This document shows, piece after piece, positions 45,260 to 56,588 of a DNA stretch of 64,000 bases. The DNA comes from Alphaproteobacteria bacterium (GTDB lineage Bacteria; Pseudomonadota; Alphaproteobacteria; SHVZ01): the NCBI GenBank assembly GCA_009694025.1, contig SHVZ01000002.1:3366-67365 (forward strand). Direction: 5' to 3'. The position numbers and the translations under genes are program-made. Numbering within the stretch: the first letter of the stretch is position 1; every line of letters begins with the position of its first letter. The notes under the pieces were generated by a model. The model was not told the DNA's origin. It was given only the letters and a program-made list of their open reading frames with translations, and did not search any database.

Positions 45260-46133
45260 GATCTTCGACCGCGTCGCCATCATCGGCATCGGGCTGATCG
45301 GCTCCTCGATCGCACGCGCCCTCAAGGAGCACGGCGTCTGCCACGAGGTCGTCGTCGGCGACATCGACCCGGCCCATGGCAGGCGGGCGCTCGAGCTCGG
45401 CTTCTGCGCCGCCGCCCACACCGACGTCGCCAAGGCGGTCGCGGGCGCCGATCTGGTGATCTTGTGCACGCCGATGTCGACCTACGAGTCGATCGCCGGC
45501 GCGATCGCGCCGGCGCTCAAGCCGCGGGCCATCGTGACCGACGTCGGCTCGGTCAAGCAGGCGGCGACCAAGTCGGTGAAGCTGCGGCTGCCCGATCATG
45601 CCCGCTGGATCGCCGGCCATCCGGTCGCCGGCACCGAGAACTCCGGGCCTGACGCCGGCTTCGCCGCTCTCTTCAAGGGCCGCTGGTGCATTCTGACTCC
45701 GGAGGCCGACACCGATCCGGAGGCGCAGGAGAAGGTCCAGGCGATGTGGACCGCCTTCGGCTCGAACGTCGTGACCATGGATGCCGAGCACCACGATCTG
45801 GTGCTGGCGATCACCTCGCATCTCCCGCACCTGATCGCCTACACCATCGTCGGGACCGCGACCGACCTGGAGACGACGCTCCAGTCGGAGGTGATCAAGT
45901 TCTCGGCCGGTGGCTTCCGCGATTTCACCCGCATCGCCGCCTCCGATCCGATCATGTGGCGCGACGTCTTCCTCAACAACCGCGAAGCGGTGCTAGAGAT
46001 GCTGCAGCGGTTCACCGAGGACCTGTCGCACCTGCAGCGGGCGATCCGCTGGGGCGAGGGCCACAAGCTGGAAGAGCTGTTCACCCGCACGCGCTCGATC
46101 CGCCGGAGCATCATCGAGGCGAAGCAGGCGTAG
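45252..46133 (+). CDS. tyrC: prephenate/arogenate (cyclohexadienyl) dehydrogenase
   Basis: The Rossmann motif is IIGIGLIGSS, followed by GHPVAGTE and ITSHLPHL. The start overlaps the hisC stop by 8 nt. Confidence 0.85.
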   Translation: MAEIFDRVAIIGIGLIGSSIARALKEHGVCHEVVVGDIDPAHGRRALELGFCAAAHTDVAKAVAGADLVILCTPMSTYESIAGAIAPALKPRAIVTDVGSVKQAATKSVKLRLPDHARWIAGHPVAGTENSGPDAGFAALFKGRWCILTPEADTDPEAQEKVQAMWTAFGSNVVTMDAEHHDLVLAITSHLPHLIAYTIVGTATDLETTLQSEVIKFSAGGFRDFTRIAASDPIMWRDVFLNNREAVLEMLQRFTEDLSHLQRAIRWGEGHKLEELFTRTRSIRRSIIEAKQA

Positions 46134-46140
46134 GGGCCGC

Positions 46141-47121
46141 CTATTCGATCAGCGGTCGCAGGGTCGCGACCGGGACCGGGCCGAGGAAGAGCTTTCCGTC
46201 CTGGGCGGTGACTGGCACCGTGACCTCGGAGCCGCCGGCGGCGGTCGGCTGCGCCATCAGCCCGAGCACGAGCTTGGCGATCGAGGCGTCCTGGGCCTTC
46301 ACCTGTCCCTTGGCAACAAGGCGGTCGAGGACCGGGTTCAGTCCCTGGACCTTGGCGGTGCCGGCGCCGAGCGGGCGCATCTGGCGATCGAGGGACAGGG
46401 TCGCATTGCCGTCGAGCTTGAGCGGTCCCCAGGCGAGGACGAGGCGGGTGACTTCGGCGGTCCCGCCGGCGTCCCGCCAGCCGGCGAGATCCCTGATCGG
46501 ACCCTTGATGGCGCCTTCCAGGTCGAGATCGAACGGCTCGGCGAACAAAAGTTGCGAGACGAAACGCTGAGCCGCCTCTGCCCGCCACAGCGTCACTTTC
46601 CCCGTCAGGCTTTCCGTCTGCCAGTCGGTCGTCGTCGGCGCGAAGCGGTCGATCACCAGCCTGGCCCGGGCGGCGCGGCCGAGATCCTCCGTCGGCAGGC
46701 GGCCGGTTGCCGCGATCCCGTCGACCGTCAGCCGGGTGGCGCGACCGCCCTCGGTCAGCAGGGACGCCGTCGCCCGATCCAGCGTTCCGGAGGCTCCGGG
46801 GCCGGCTACGGCCAACCGCGGGGTGGCAAGGTCGATCTTGTCCGGGCGCCAGGGGAGCAGAGTCGCAGAGAGGATCGCCGCCTCGGCTGTCCAGCCATCC
46901 TTGGCGATGCGTGGCGCGGTGAACGCCAGCTCGAATGACAAGGGGAAGCCGGCGACGTCGAGGGTCTGCCACGCGACCGTATAACCTTCCGCCCGCCGCA
47001 TCTCCGCCCATGCGAGGACTCGCTCCTCGATCTGCCGCGCAAGGATCAGCCAGGCGACGAAGATCAGCGATATCGAGGCGACGGTCGCAATGGCGAGCCG
47101 AGGCAGGAGGCGGTGGATCAC
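46141..47121 (-). CDS. DUF2125-like membrane-anchored protein
   Basis: The GTG start at 47121 overlaps the kinase stop (GTGA). An N-terminal TM anchor is followed by a soluble region. The family call rests on general resemblance. Confidence 0.6.
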   Translation of the reverse strand: MIHRLLPRLAIATVASISLIFVAWLILARQIEERVLAWAEMRRAEGYTVAWQTLDVAGFPLSFELAFTAPRIAKDGWTAEAAILSATLLPWRPDKIDLATPRLAVAGPGASGTLDRATASLLTEGGRATRLTVDGIAATGRLPTEDLGRAARARLVIDRFAPTTTDWQTESLTGKVTLWRAEAAQRFVSQLLFAEPFDLDLEGAIKGPIRDLAGWRDAGGTAEVTRLVLAWGPLKLDGNATLSLDRQMRPLGAGTAKVQGLNPVLDRLVAKGQVKAQDASIAKLVLGLMAQPTAAGGSEVTVPVTAQDGKLFLGPVPVATLRPLIE

Positions 47122-48506
47122 GAAGCGACGCGATCCGCCGGTAGTACCAGCCTGACCGTCGTGCCGTCGCCGGCTTGGCTGGCGATCTCGATCCGGCCGC
47201 GATGAATCTCGGCGATGCGTTTGGCGAGCGGCAGGCCGAGTCCGGAACCGGCTCGCTGGCGCGCATAGCCGCGCGAGATCTGCTCGAAGGGCTCCATGGC
47301 CCGCGGCAGGTCCTCCGCGGACATGCCGATGCCGTTGTCGGTGACCTCGATGACGACCCCGCCATCGGCCATGCGTCGCGCGCCGATGCGGACGAGGCCT
47401 CCGGTCGGAGTGAACTTGATGGCGTTGGACAGGAGGTTGAGGACCGCCTGGCGGATCAATCGCTCGTCGCCGCGGACCGCCGGGAGGCCGTCGTCCAGCT
47501 CCATCCCGAGCTCGATCTTGGCATCCTCGGCGCGCGGCAGGATGAGCTGCCGGCAGCGCGCGATCGCCGCACCGATGGAGAATATGCCTTCCCGCAGATC
47601 GAGCTTGCCGGCGTCGGCCTTCGACAGGTCGAGGATGTCGTTGATCAGCGCCAGCAGCCGGCGAGCGCCTTCGTGGATTTCGCTGGTATAGGCTTCGAGC
47701 TTGGCATCGCGTGGCGAGCCCGGGAGGCTGCCGATCAGCGCCGCATAGCCGATGATCGCGTTGAGCGGGGTCTTCAGCTCGTGGGTCATCAGCGCCAGGA
47801 ACTCGGACTTGGCGCGGCTGGCGCTCTCGGCGTGGATACGGGCGGCTTCGAGATGCTCGATCATGTCGATGCGCTCGAAACGAAGCCGGAGAGACTCGTC
47901 GAGCGTCGCGCCCATCGTGCGCACGGTAAAGAACAGGATGAAGAAGAAGAAGATGAAGCCCGCGGCGAACACCAGATTGGCGAAGTCGCCGGTGGCGGCG
48001 AGTTGGACGACGAGCGGCGACAGATGGAATGTGGCGAAGACGGCGTAGGCCATGGGAATCGTCGACAGCACGGCGGTGCCGCCCGCCGCGATGCCGGTCG
48101 CCGCCATCGTCATGGCGACCAGGTTCGCCGGCGAGGCCGGGTCGAAGAAAAAGAGAACCGATGCGCCCCAGAAGATGCCCGAAGTGCCGGTGGCGGCGAC
48201 GGCAATTCTTGCCCATGCCGGCGCGCGATCGACCCCGGGATGGGTGCGCATGAACAAGACGTAGAGGGCGAGGCGCGAGAGCTGGACGAACGTCATCGCC
48301 GCGATCCAGATCACGAGTCGCGGCGACGCCCCGGCATCCGACCACAGGAGGATGAAAAGCAGCACGGCGATGACCATGCTCGCGACCAACGTCGCCGGCT
48401 GCTGTCGATAGAAGAGACGGACTCGCTCGGCATGGACGCGAGCGTCGATGCTGGGGGCCTCTACTGTCGAAGCGCCACCTGCGTCAAGCCGGGTGGACCT
48501 ATCCAC
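47118..48506 (-). CDS. membrane sensor histidine kinase (canonical motifs)
   Basis: About 6 N-terminal TM segments. The H-box is MTHELKTPLNAIIGY, the N-box LLSNAIKFT, G1 DNGIGM and G2 GSGLGLPLAK. The GTG start at 48506 is uncertain. Confidence 0.85.
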   Translation of the reverse strand: MDRSTRLDAGGASTVEAPSIDARVHAERVRLFYRQQPATLVASMVIAVLLFILLWSDAGASPRLVIWIAAMTFVQLSRLALYVLFMRTHPGVDRAPAWARIAVAATGTSGIFWGASVLFFFDPASPANLVAMTMAATGIAAGGTAVLSTIPMAYAVFATFHLSPLVVQLAATGDFANLVFAAGFIFFFFILFFTVRTMGATLDESLRLRFERIDMIEHLEAARIHAESASRAKSEFLALMTHELKTPLNAIIGYAALIGSLPGSPRDAKLEAYTSEIHEGARRLLALINDILDLSKADAGKLDLREGIFSIGAAIARCRQLILPRAEDAKIELGMELDDGLPAVRGDERLIRQAVLNLLSNAIKFTPTGGLVRIGARRMADGGVVIEVTDNGIGMSAEDLPRAMEPFEQISRGYARQRAGSGLGLPLAKRIAEIHRGRIEIASQAGDGTTVRLVLPADRVAS

Positions 48507-50829
48507 AGCGCGAGTAACCGCAGCTCGTGCAGAGATCGCAGCCTTCCTGGCGGATCAGCGAGGGTTGGCCGCACTTGGCGCATTGCCTCGGCCGCGTGCC
48601 GGAGGGGTTGGGCAGCCCCACCACTTGGCGCTCGGCCGCGGCCTCGATGTCCGTCCCGGCCGGCTGCAGGAAGCCGATGTCGACCATGTGGCGCTCGATC
48701 ACGTCGCCGATGGCGGCAAGCAGCGACGGCACGTAGCGCCCGCCCATCCATTGACCGCCGCGCGGATCGAACACCGCCTTCAGCTCCTCGACCACGAAGG
48801 ACACGTCGCCGCCGCGGCGGAAGACCGCGGAGATCATCCGGGTCAGCGCCACCGTCCAGGCGTAGTGCTCGGTGTTCTTGGAGTTGATGAAGACCTCGAA
48901 CGGCCGGCGGCGGCCGTCCTGCACGATGTCGTTCAGGGTAATGTAGATCGCGTGGTCGCTCTCCGGCCACTTGATCTTGTAAGTCTTGCCTGGCAGCTCC
49001 TCCGGCCGGTTCAGTGGCTGGGTCATGTAGACGATGCCACCGGCATCGAGCGCGTCCGCGGGCTTGACGGTGAGGTGGGTCAGCTTGGGTGACTCGAGCG
49101 GCAGCTCCCGCTGGCCGGCCGTATTCTCGCTCTTGAGCGAGAGGACGGAGCCGGTGACGTCGTTCGGCCGGTAGGTGGTGCAGCCTTTGCAGCCGAGATC
49201 GTAGGCCTGCTGGTAGATGTCCTTGAACGCCACGAAGTCGAGCTCGGCCGGGACGTTGATCGTCTTGGAGATCGAGCTGTCGATATACTTCTGGACGGCC
49301 GCCTGCATCACCACGTGGTCGCCGGGCGCCAGGGTCTGGGCGTTGACGAAGTAGTCGGGCAGCGGCGCCGTCTCGCCCTTGAGGCGGCGGAAGGCGCGGT
49401 AGGCGGCATCCGTCACCTCCTCCTGCCGGCGGCTGCCGTCGGGCATCAGCACCGAACGGGTGTAGCTGTAGCTGAACACCGGCTCGAGCCCGGAGGAGAC
49501 GTTGCCGGCGAGAAGCGAAATGGTCCCGGTCGGCGCGATCGAGGTGAGAAGCGAGTTGCGGATGCCGTACTTGGCGATGTCGGCGCGCAGCGCCTCGTCG
49601 AGGTCGCCGATGGATTCGCCGGCGACGTATTTCTCGGCATCGAAGAGCGGGAAGGGGCCCTTCTCCTTGGCGATCTCGACCGACGCGGCATAGGCGGCCC
49701 GTCTGAGCGTCGCCATCCAGGTCTCGGTCAGGCGTACCGCCTCCTCGCTGCCGTAGCGCGCCCGGCAATAGATGAGCGCGTCGGCGAGGCCGGTGACGCC
49801 GAGACCGATCCGGCGCTTGGCCTTGGCCTCCGCCGCCTGCTGGGGGAGGGGAAAGTTGGAGACCTCGACGACATCGTCCATCAGCCTGACGGCGACTGCG
49901 GCGAGGCTGCCCAGGCGGTCGAGGTCGAGGGCCGCATCGGCCTCGAACGGGTTGGCGACGAGGCGCGCCAGGTTGATCGAGCCGAGCAGGCAGGCCCCGT
50001 AGGGCGGCAACGGCTGCTCGCCGCAGGGGTTCGTCGCGCTGATCGTCTCGGCGTACCAGAGATTGTTCCGCTTGTTGATGCGGTCGATGAAGATCACGCC
50101 GGGCTCGGCATAGGCGTATGTGGCCCGCATGATCTTGTCCCAGAGCGCGCGGGCGTGGACGGTCTTGAAGGTGACGCCGCCGAAATGCAGCTCCCAGGAT
50201 TGATCTTCGCGCACCGCCTGCATGAAGGCGTCGGTGACGAGGACCGAAAGGTTGAACATGCGGAGCCGGCCCGGCTCCTGCTTGGCGTCGATGAAGGCCT
50301 CGATGTCCGGGTGGTCGCAGCGGAGCGTCGCCATCATCGCGCCGCGGCGGCTGCCGGCGCTCATGATCGTGCGGCACATGGCGTCCCAGACGTCCATGAA
50401 GGACAGGGGGCCGGAGGCGTCGGCGCCGACGCCCTTCACCGGCGCCCCTTTCGGACGGAGGGTCGAGAAGTCGTAGCCGATGCCGCCACCCTGCTGCATG
50501 GTCAGCGCCGCTTCGCGGAGGTGCGTGAAGATGCCGCCCATGTCGTCGGGGATGGTGCCCATGACGAAGCAGTTGAACAGCGTCACCTGCCGCTCGGTTC
50601 CGGCGCCGGCGATGATGCGTCCCGCCGGCAGGAACTCGAAGTCGGCCATGGCGGCTTCGAACTTCGCCGCCCACTCGGCGCGCAGCTCAGGCTTCTCGGC
50701 TTCGGCGACGGCCGCGGCGACGCGCCGCCAGGTGTCGGCGAGGGTCTTGTCGACCGGCCGGCCGTCGGCGCCCTTGAACCGGTATTTCATGTCCCAGATC
50801 TGCTGGGAAATCGCCGAGACCTGACTCAT
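48499..50829 (-). CDS. nrdJ: class II (adenosylcobalamin-dependent) ribonucleotide reductase
   Basis: The start is at MSQVSAISQQIW (ATG 50829). NPCGEQPLPPYGACLLGS is the active-site Cys/Glu region. The C-terminal Cys cluster is CAKCG..CDLCTSCGYSRCG. Confidence 0.9.
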   Translation of the reverse strand: MSQVSAISQQIWDMKYRFKGADGRPVDKTLADTWRRVAAAVAEAEKPELRAEWAAKFEAAMADFEFLPAGRIIAGAGTERQVTLFNCFVMGTIPDDMGGIFTHLREAALTMQQGGGIGYDFSTLRPKGAPVKGVGADASGPLSFMDVWDAMCRTIMSAGSRRGAMMATLRCDHPDIEAFIDAKQEPGRLRMFNLSVLVTDAFMQAVREDQSWELHFGGVTFKTVHARALWDKIMRATYAYAEPGVIFIDRINKRNNLWYAETISATNPCGEQPLPPYGACLLGSINLARLVANPFEADAALDLDRLGSLAAVAVRLMDDVVEVSNFPLPQQAAEAKAKRRIGLGVTGLADALIYCRARYGSEEAVRLTETWMATLRRAAYAASVEIAKEKGPFPLFDAEKYVAGESIGDLDEALRADIAKYGIRNSLLTSIAPTGTISLLAGNVSSGLEPVFSYSYTRSVLMPDGSRRQEEVTDAAYRAFRRLKGETAPLPDYFVNAQTLAPGDHVVMQAAVQKYIDSSISKTINVPAELDFVAFKDIYQQAYDLGCKGCTTYRPNDVTGSVLSLKSENTAGQRELPLESPKLTHLTVKPADALDAGGIVYMTQPLNRPEELPGKTYKIKWPESDHAIYITLNDIVQDGRRRPFEVFINSKNTEHYAWTVALTRMISAVFRRGGDVSFVVEELKAVFDPRGGQWMGGRYVPSLLAAIGDVIERHMVDIGFLQPAGTDIEAAAERQVVGLPNPSGTRPRQCAKCGQPSLIRQEGCDLCTSCGYSRCG

Positions 50830-50914
50830 TCTGAAGGCTCCGCCCGGGGCCGGCCTGACCCCCAACTTATTGAAAAGTCTCTCGAAATTTTACGCGAATT
50901 ATCGCGGAACAAAG

Positions 50915-50943
50915 AGCATACGGTGACCGATGCCCGACGTCAA
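50915..50943 (-). promoter_or_regulatory. candidate sigma70-type promoter for nrdJ
   Basis: On the minus strand the sequence reads TTGACG, a 17-nt spacer, then TATGCT, about 85 nt upstream of the nrdJ ATG. This is a sequence match only. Confidence 0.3.
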
Positions 50944-51157
50944 ACGGAGGTACGCGAGCTCGTCACGGCTCCGAGCGGGGAGGGCCGATGGGAACGTTCT
51001 CGAACGCAGCAAACGGGCGACGCAGGAGACAGCGACGCACGGGAGCCAAGTGTTCTGAGTCGGCGTCAGTTGGAAGCCCGACTCGCGGAACAACAGATCT
51101 TCCGCATGGCAAGGGGTTGATCGGATTGGACGATCGACGACGACTCGGGCGGTATCC

Positions 51158-51186
51158 TTGACGCACCCGGACCCCGTTCCTAGATT
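51158..51186 (+). promoter_or_regulatory. candidate sigma70-type promoter for trxA
   Basis: TTGACG (51158-51163), a 17-nt spacer, then TAGATT (51181-51186), about 70 nt upstream of the trxA ATG. Confidence 0.4.
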
Positions 51187-51254
51187 GAGCTCATTGGGGC
51201 GCCGACCTGCGGCGCCCTTCGCGTCTTGAGCCTTCATCCTCTGGGGTTAGAGCC

Positions 51255-51581
51255 ATGTCCGACATCACGACCAAAGTCAGCGACGCCACCTTCGAGGCCG
51301 ACGTGCTCCGCTCGACCCGACCGGTGCTGGTCGATTTCTGGGCGGAATGGTGCGGCCCCTGCAAGATGATCGGCCCGTCGCTCGAGGAGCTTGCCAAGGA
51401 GTACGGCGAGAAGATCACCATCGCCAAGGTCAACGTCGACGAGAGCCCGGCGGTGGCCAGCCGCTACAACATCCGCTCGATCCCGGCGCTGATGGTGTTC
51501 AAGGGCGGCCAGGTCGCCGCCAGCCGCATCGGCGCCATGCCGAAGAACAAGATCAAGGAGTGGGTCGACTCCGTCATCTGA
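51255..51581 (+). CDS. trxA: thioredoxin
   Basis: 108 aa. The active site is WAEWCGPCK, with a typical length and C-terminus. Confidence 0.95.
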   Translation: MSDITTKVSDATFEADVLRSTRPVLVDFWAEWCGPCKMIGPSLEELAKEYGEKITIAKVNVDESPAVASRYNIRSIPALMVFKGGQVAASRIGAMPKNKIKEWVDSVI

Positions 51582-51652
51582 CGCAGTCGAGCTTCGGACG
51601 TCGTCGATGGACGCCGCTGGGCGCCCGCTCCGTTCACGGCGTTCGTCGGCTT

Positions 51653-52951
51653 TCAGCCGTTCTCGGCCAGCACGGATCCGGCGAGGTAGAGCGAACCGCA
51701 GATGAGGATGCGGCTGTCGGGGCCGTCCTTGGCGACGATGTCGGCGAGGGCGGCGGCGACGCTCGGCGAAGCGGTTGCCGGCAGCCCGAGCGTTCGTGCG
51801 GCCGCCGCGACCCCTTCCGGCTCGTGGCTCGACGGCAGGTCGGGGATGGCAACGCCGTGCACGGTGTCGACCAGGCCGAGGAAGGGCCGGAAGACCGCCT
51901 GGGGCCGGCGGTTCTTCTGGGTGGCGAAGACGAGATGGAGCGGTCGCCGGGGCCAGGTCCGGAGGGTCGCCGCGACCACCTCGGCGCCGCCTTCGTTGTG
52001 GGTGCCGTCGAGCCAGAGTTCCCAGCCGGCCGGCAGCCGCTCGACCAGCGGCCCCCGGGTCAGGTGCTGCAGGCGCGCGGGCCAGCGCACGGTTCCGAGC
52101 CCGGTCGCGATCGCGCTCTCCGGCACTTTGAGCTCGGGGCACGCCTCCAGGCAGGCGATGGCGGTGCCGGCATTCGGGTACTGGTAGTCGCCGAGGAGTC
52201 CTGGCCTCGGCAGGAGCCGCTTACCCTGTGCGCTCTCGTATCCCAGGCGATCGTCCGGCTCCTTCCAGGCGCGCCATTCCCGGCCGTAGCGGAAGAGCGG
52301 CGCTGAAATCTCCGCGGCCTTCGCATCGAAGATCGCGGCCGCTTCGGGCGGCTGCGGGCCGATCACCGCCGGCCGTCCGGGCTTCATGATCTCGGCTTTC
52401 TCGGCGGCGATCTTCGCCAGCGTGTCGCCGAGGAATTCCATGTGATCGAAGGAGATCGGCGTAATCGCGGCAGCCGCCGGCCGGTCGACCAGGTTGGTCG
52501 CATCGAGCCGCCCGCCAAGCCCGGTCTCCAGCAGCACCACATCGCCGGCGATGCGCGAGAATGCCAGGAACGCCGCGGCGGTGATCAGCTCGAAATGCTG
52601 CGGGGCGATGCTTTCGCCGGCCTTCGCGACCTCCTCCAGCAGGTCGGCCATCAGCTCGGTCTCGATGTCGTGGCCGGCAAGGTAGATGCGCTCGTTCACG
52701 CGCACGAGGTCGGGCGAGATGGTCATGTGGACGCGGAGGCCCGCCGCCTCGCACATGGCGCGGAGGAAGGCGGCGAGCGAGCCCTTGCCATTGGTGCCCG
52801 CGACGTGGATCGCCGGCGGAATCCGTTTCTGCGGCTGGCCGAGCCGCTGGAGCAGCGTCCGCATCTTGTCGAGCGAGAATTTCCCGGGGTGGGTGCGCTG
52901 GGCCTTGAGCGGATCGAGGATCCGGTTGATGCGCTCGACGGGCGTGGCCAC
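51653..52951 (-). CDS. folC: bifunctional folylpolyglutamate synthase / dihydrofolate synthase
   Basis: The P-loop is HVAGTNGKGS, in a Mur-ligase-like layout. It lies downstream of accD. Confidence 0.9.
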   Translation of the reverse strand: MATPVERINRILDPLKAQRTHPGKFSLDKMRTLLQRLGQPQKRIPPAIHVAGTNGKGSLAAFLRAMCEAAGLRVHMTISPDLVRVNERIYLAGHDIETELMADLLEEVAKAGESIAPQHFELITAAAFLAFSRIAGDVVLLETGLGGRLDATNLVDRPAAAAITPISFDHMEFLGDTLAKIAAEKAEIMKPGRPAVIGPQPPEAAAIFDAKAAEISAPLFRYGREWRAWKEPDDRLGYESAQGKRLLPRPGLLGDYQYPNAGTAIACLEACPELKVPESAIATGLGTVRWPARLQHLTRGPLVERLPAGWELWLDGTHNEGGAEVVAATLRTWPRRPLHLVFATQKNRRPQAVFRPFLGLVDTVHGVAIPDLPSSHEPEGVAAAARTLGLPATASPSVAAALADIVAKDGPDSRILICGSLYLAGSVLAENG

Positions 52952-52961
52952 GGGAACGCCC

Positions 52962-53873
52962 TCAGCTGCGCGGCTGCGGCAGGATCTCGACCTCCGGCGT
53001 CGTCAGGACCACCACTTCGGCCGACGGCTTCGGCCGCATCAGGAGGCCGAGGACGCGGGCGAGGACGGCCTTCAGCTCCGGGCGCGGCACCACCACGTCG
53101 ACCATGCCGTGGTCGTACAGATACTCGGCGCGCTGGAAGCCCTCCGGCAGCTTCTCGCGGATCGTCTCCTGGATGACACGCTGGCCGGCGAAGCCGACCA
53201 GGCTGCCGGGCTCGGCGATATGGACGTCGCCAAGCATGGCGAAGGAGGCGGTGACGCCGCCGGTGGTGGGATCAGTCAGGATGACGATGTAGGGAAGCCC
53301 GGCCGACTTCACCTCTTCGACGGCGAGCACGGTGCGGGTCATCTGCATGAGCGAGAGGATACCCTCCTGCATGCGGGCGCCGCCGGAGGCCGGGATCGCG
53401 ACCAGGGCCGCCTGCTGCAGCTTGGCCAGACGCCCAGCGGCGAGGAAGGCCTCGCCGACGGCAGTCCCCATGGATCCCGCCATGAACTCGAAATTGAAGA
53501 CGGCGACCACCGCCGGCAGGCCGCCGATGGCGCCATGGGCGACGATCAGCGCGTCCTGCTCCCCGGTCTCGGTCTGAGCCTCGTTCAGCCGCTCGGTGTA
53601 GCGTCGGCGGTCGCGGAAGCGGAGCGGGTCGACCGGGACCCTGGGCAGCTCGATCCGGGCGAAGCGGCCGTCGTCGAACAGCATCGCGAGGCGCTTCGCC
53701 GCCGGCAGGCGGAGGTGATGGCCGCACTTGTCGCAGACGTGGAGGTTGGCCTCCAGGTCGCGGTGGAAGATCATCTGCCCGCAACCCGGGCACTTGTGCC
53801 AGAGATTGTCCGGCGTATCGCGCTTGACCAGCGCGCGCAGCTTCGGGCGGACGAAGTTGGTGAGCCAGTTCAT
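52962..53873 (-). CDS. accD: acetyl-CoA carboxylase carboxyltransferase beta subunit
   Basis: The N-terminal zinc ribbon is CPGCGQ..CDKCGHH. The carboxyltransferase motif is GGARMQEG. Confidence 0.95.
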   Translation of the reverse strand: MNWLTNFVRPKLRALVKRDTPDNLWHKCPGCGQMIFHRDLEANLHVCDKCGHHLRLPAAKRLAMLFDDGRFARIELPRVPVDPLRFRDRRRYTERLNEAQTETGEQDALIVAHGAIGGLPAVVAVFNFEFMAGSMGTAVGEAFLAAGRLAKLQQAALVAIPASGGARMQEGILSLMQMTRTVLAVEEVKSAGLPYIVILTDPTTGGVTASFAMLGDVHIAEPGSLVGFAGQRVIQETIREKLPEGFQRAEYLYDHGMVDVVVPRPELKAVLARVLGLLMRPKPSAEVVVLTTPEVEILPQPRS

Positions 53874-54687
53874 GCGCTCGTCCGTGCACCGCGCACGCCG
53901 GCGGCGAGGTCGGCGATGAAGCGGTGGGTCCTGGCGACGGCCTCGGCCGGCTGCTTTTGGTGTTCGGCGATGATCTTGACCACCGCCGTGCCGACCACCG
54001 CCGCGTCGGCGACGCGGGCGACGGCGGCGGCCTGCTCCGGGGTGTTGATGCCGAATCCGACGGCGACCGGCAGCCTGGTCGCACGCTTCAACCGCGTGAC
54101 CGCGGCCTCGATGTGCCTGGTATCGGCCGAGGCGGTGCCGGTGATGCCGGTGATGGCGACGTAGTAGACGAATCCCGAGGTGTTGGAGAGCACCTTGGGC
54201 AGGCGCGCGTCGTCGGTCGTCGGGGTCGCGAGGCGGATGAAGGCGAGGCCCTTCCTGATTGCCGGCAGGCAGAGCTCGACATCCTCCTCCGGCGGCAGGT
54301 CGACGATGATCAGCCCGTCGACGCCGGCCTTCACGGCATCGCCGAGGAAGCGGTCGACGCCATAGATGTAGATCGGGTTGTAGTAGCCCATCAGCACGAC
54401 GGGCGTGTCCTTGTCGCCCTCGCGGAATCGTCGGACGAGGTCGAGGGTCTTCTTCAGCGTCATCCCGGCTTTCAGCGCACGCAGGCTGGAGGCCTGGATC
54501 GCCGGGCCGTCGGCCATCGGGTCGGTGAACGGCATGCCGATCTCGATCACGTCGGCACCGGCCTTCGGCAGGCCCCTCAGGAGCTCGAGCGAGGTCTTGG
54601 CATCGGGGTCGCCGGCGGTGATGAAGATGACGAGCCCGGCCCGGTTCTCTTGTCTGAGGCGGGCGAAGCGGTCAGCGATGCGCGTGG

Positions 54688-54691
<4 letters not shown>
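53870..54691 (-). CDS. trpA: tryptophan synthase alpha chain
   Basis: The start is at MTTRIADRF (ATG 54691), which overlaps the trpB stop (ATGA). Motifs are [14 protein letters not shown] and GFGI. The longer track ORF is rejected. Confidence 0.95.
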
Positions 54692-55908
<1,217 letters not shown>

Positions 55909-56027
55909 GAATCCATCGCCGTCGTCGGGGAAGCCCCGGTCTCCGGAGCGGCCGGCACTATGCGGAAGAGGCGGGCGGGGCGCAAGCGGAGAGGCGGTTA
56001 TATTGAACGATCCGAACGGGGGATCAA

Positions 56028-56441
56028 ATGAGTCCAGCTATAACCGGCGGGTGCCTGTGCGGGACCATCCGTTACGAATACAAGAGCGAGGTCGGGCCTG
56101 CCAGCTACTGCCACTGTACAGATTGCCGGAAATGTACCGGGAGCGCTTTCAACGTTGGCGTACGCGTGGACGCCAAACTGTTTCGCATCGTGCAGGGAAG
56201 TCCGAAGGAGTTCAACAAGGCCGCCGATAGCGGCAATTATCTCAGCCGGCACTTCTGTTCAGACTGCGGGTCGCCTCTGTACACCTCATCGCCGCGGCAT
56301 CCGGAGTCGCTCTATGTCAAAGCCGGATCGTTCGACGATCCGGCTGTCGTACGGCCGGCGTATCAAAGCTGGCTGAGTTCAAAGGTTCCGTGGGCCGTTA
56401 TCCGTGCCGATCTTCCCGGCTTTCTCAAGGGGCGCATATGA
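56028..56441 (+). CDS. GFA-family (CENP-V/glutathione-dependent formaldehyde-activating-like) zinc protein
   Basis: [23 protein letters not shown] is the GFA Cys pattern. GC is somewhat lower than the surroundings. Confidence 0.8.
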   Translation: MSPAITGGCLCGTIRYEYKSEVGPASYCHCTDCRKCTGSAFNVGVRVDAKLFRIVQGSPKEFNKAADSGNYLSRHFCSDCGSPLYTSSPRHPESLYVKAGSFDDPAVVRPAYQSWLSSKVPWAVIRADLPGFLKGRI

Positions 56442-56588
56442 CGTTGCGGCCAATCCCTTGCTCAAGGCCTGGACGATCGCCACCTCGTCGCCGGAAATGT
56501 GCGGACGCCGGGAGTCGGCTGGACTTGGCGTCACCGGGGCGTCACGGTTTCGCTCACGGCGCAAACCGCGCCGCCAAGGGAGGTTGTC

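Noticed and set aside
50830-51254. Cobalamin riboswitch or NrdR box upstream of nrdJ.
   Set aside because: I could not find the B12-box (rAGYCMGgAgaCCkGCc-like) or an ACACwATATwTwGTGT-like palindrome on either strand. The region is reported only as an unexplained long spacer.
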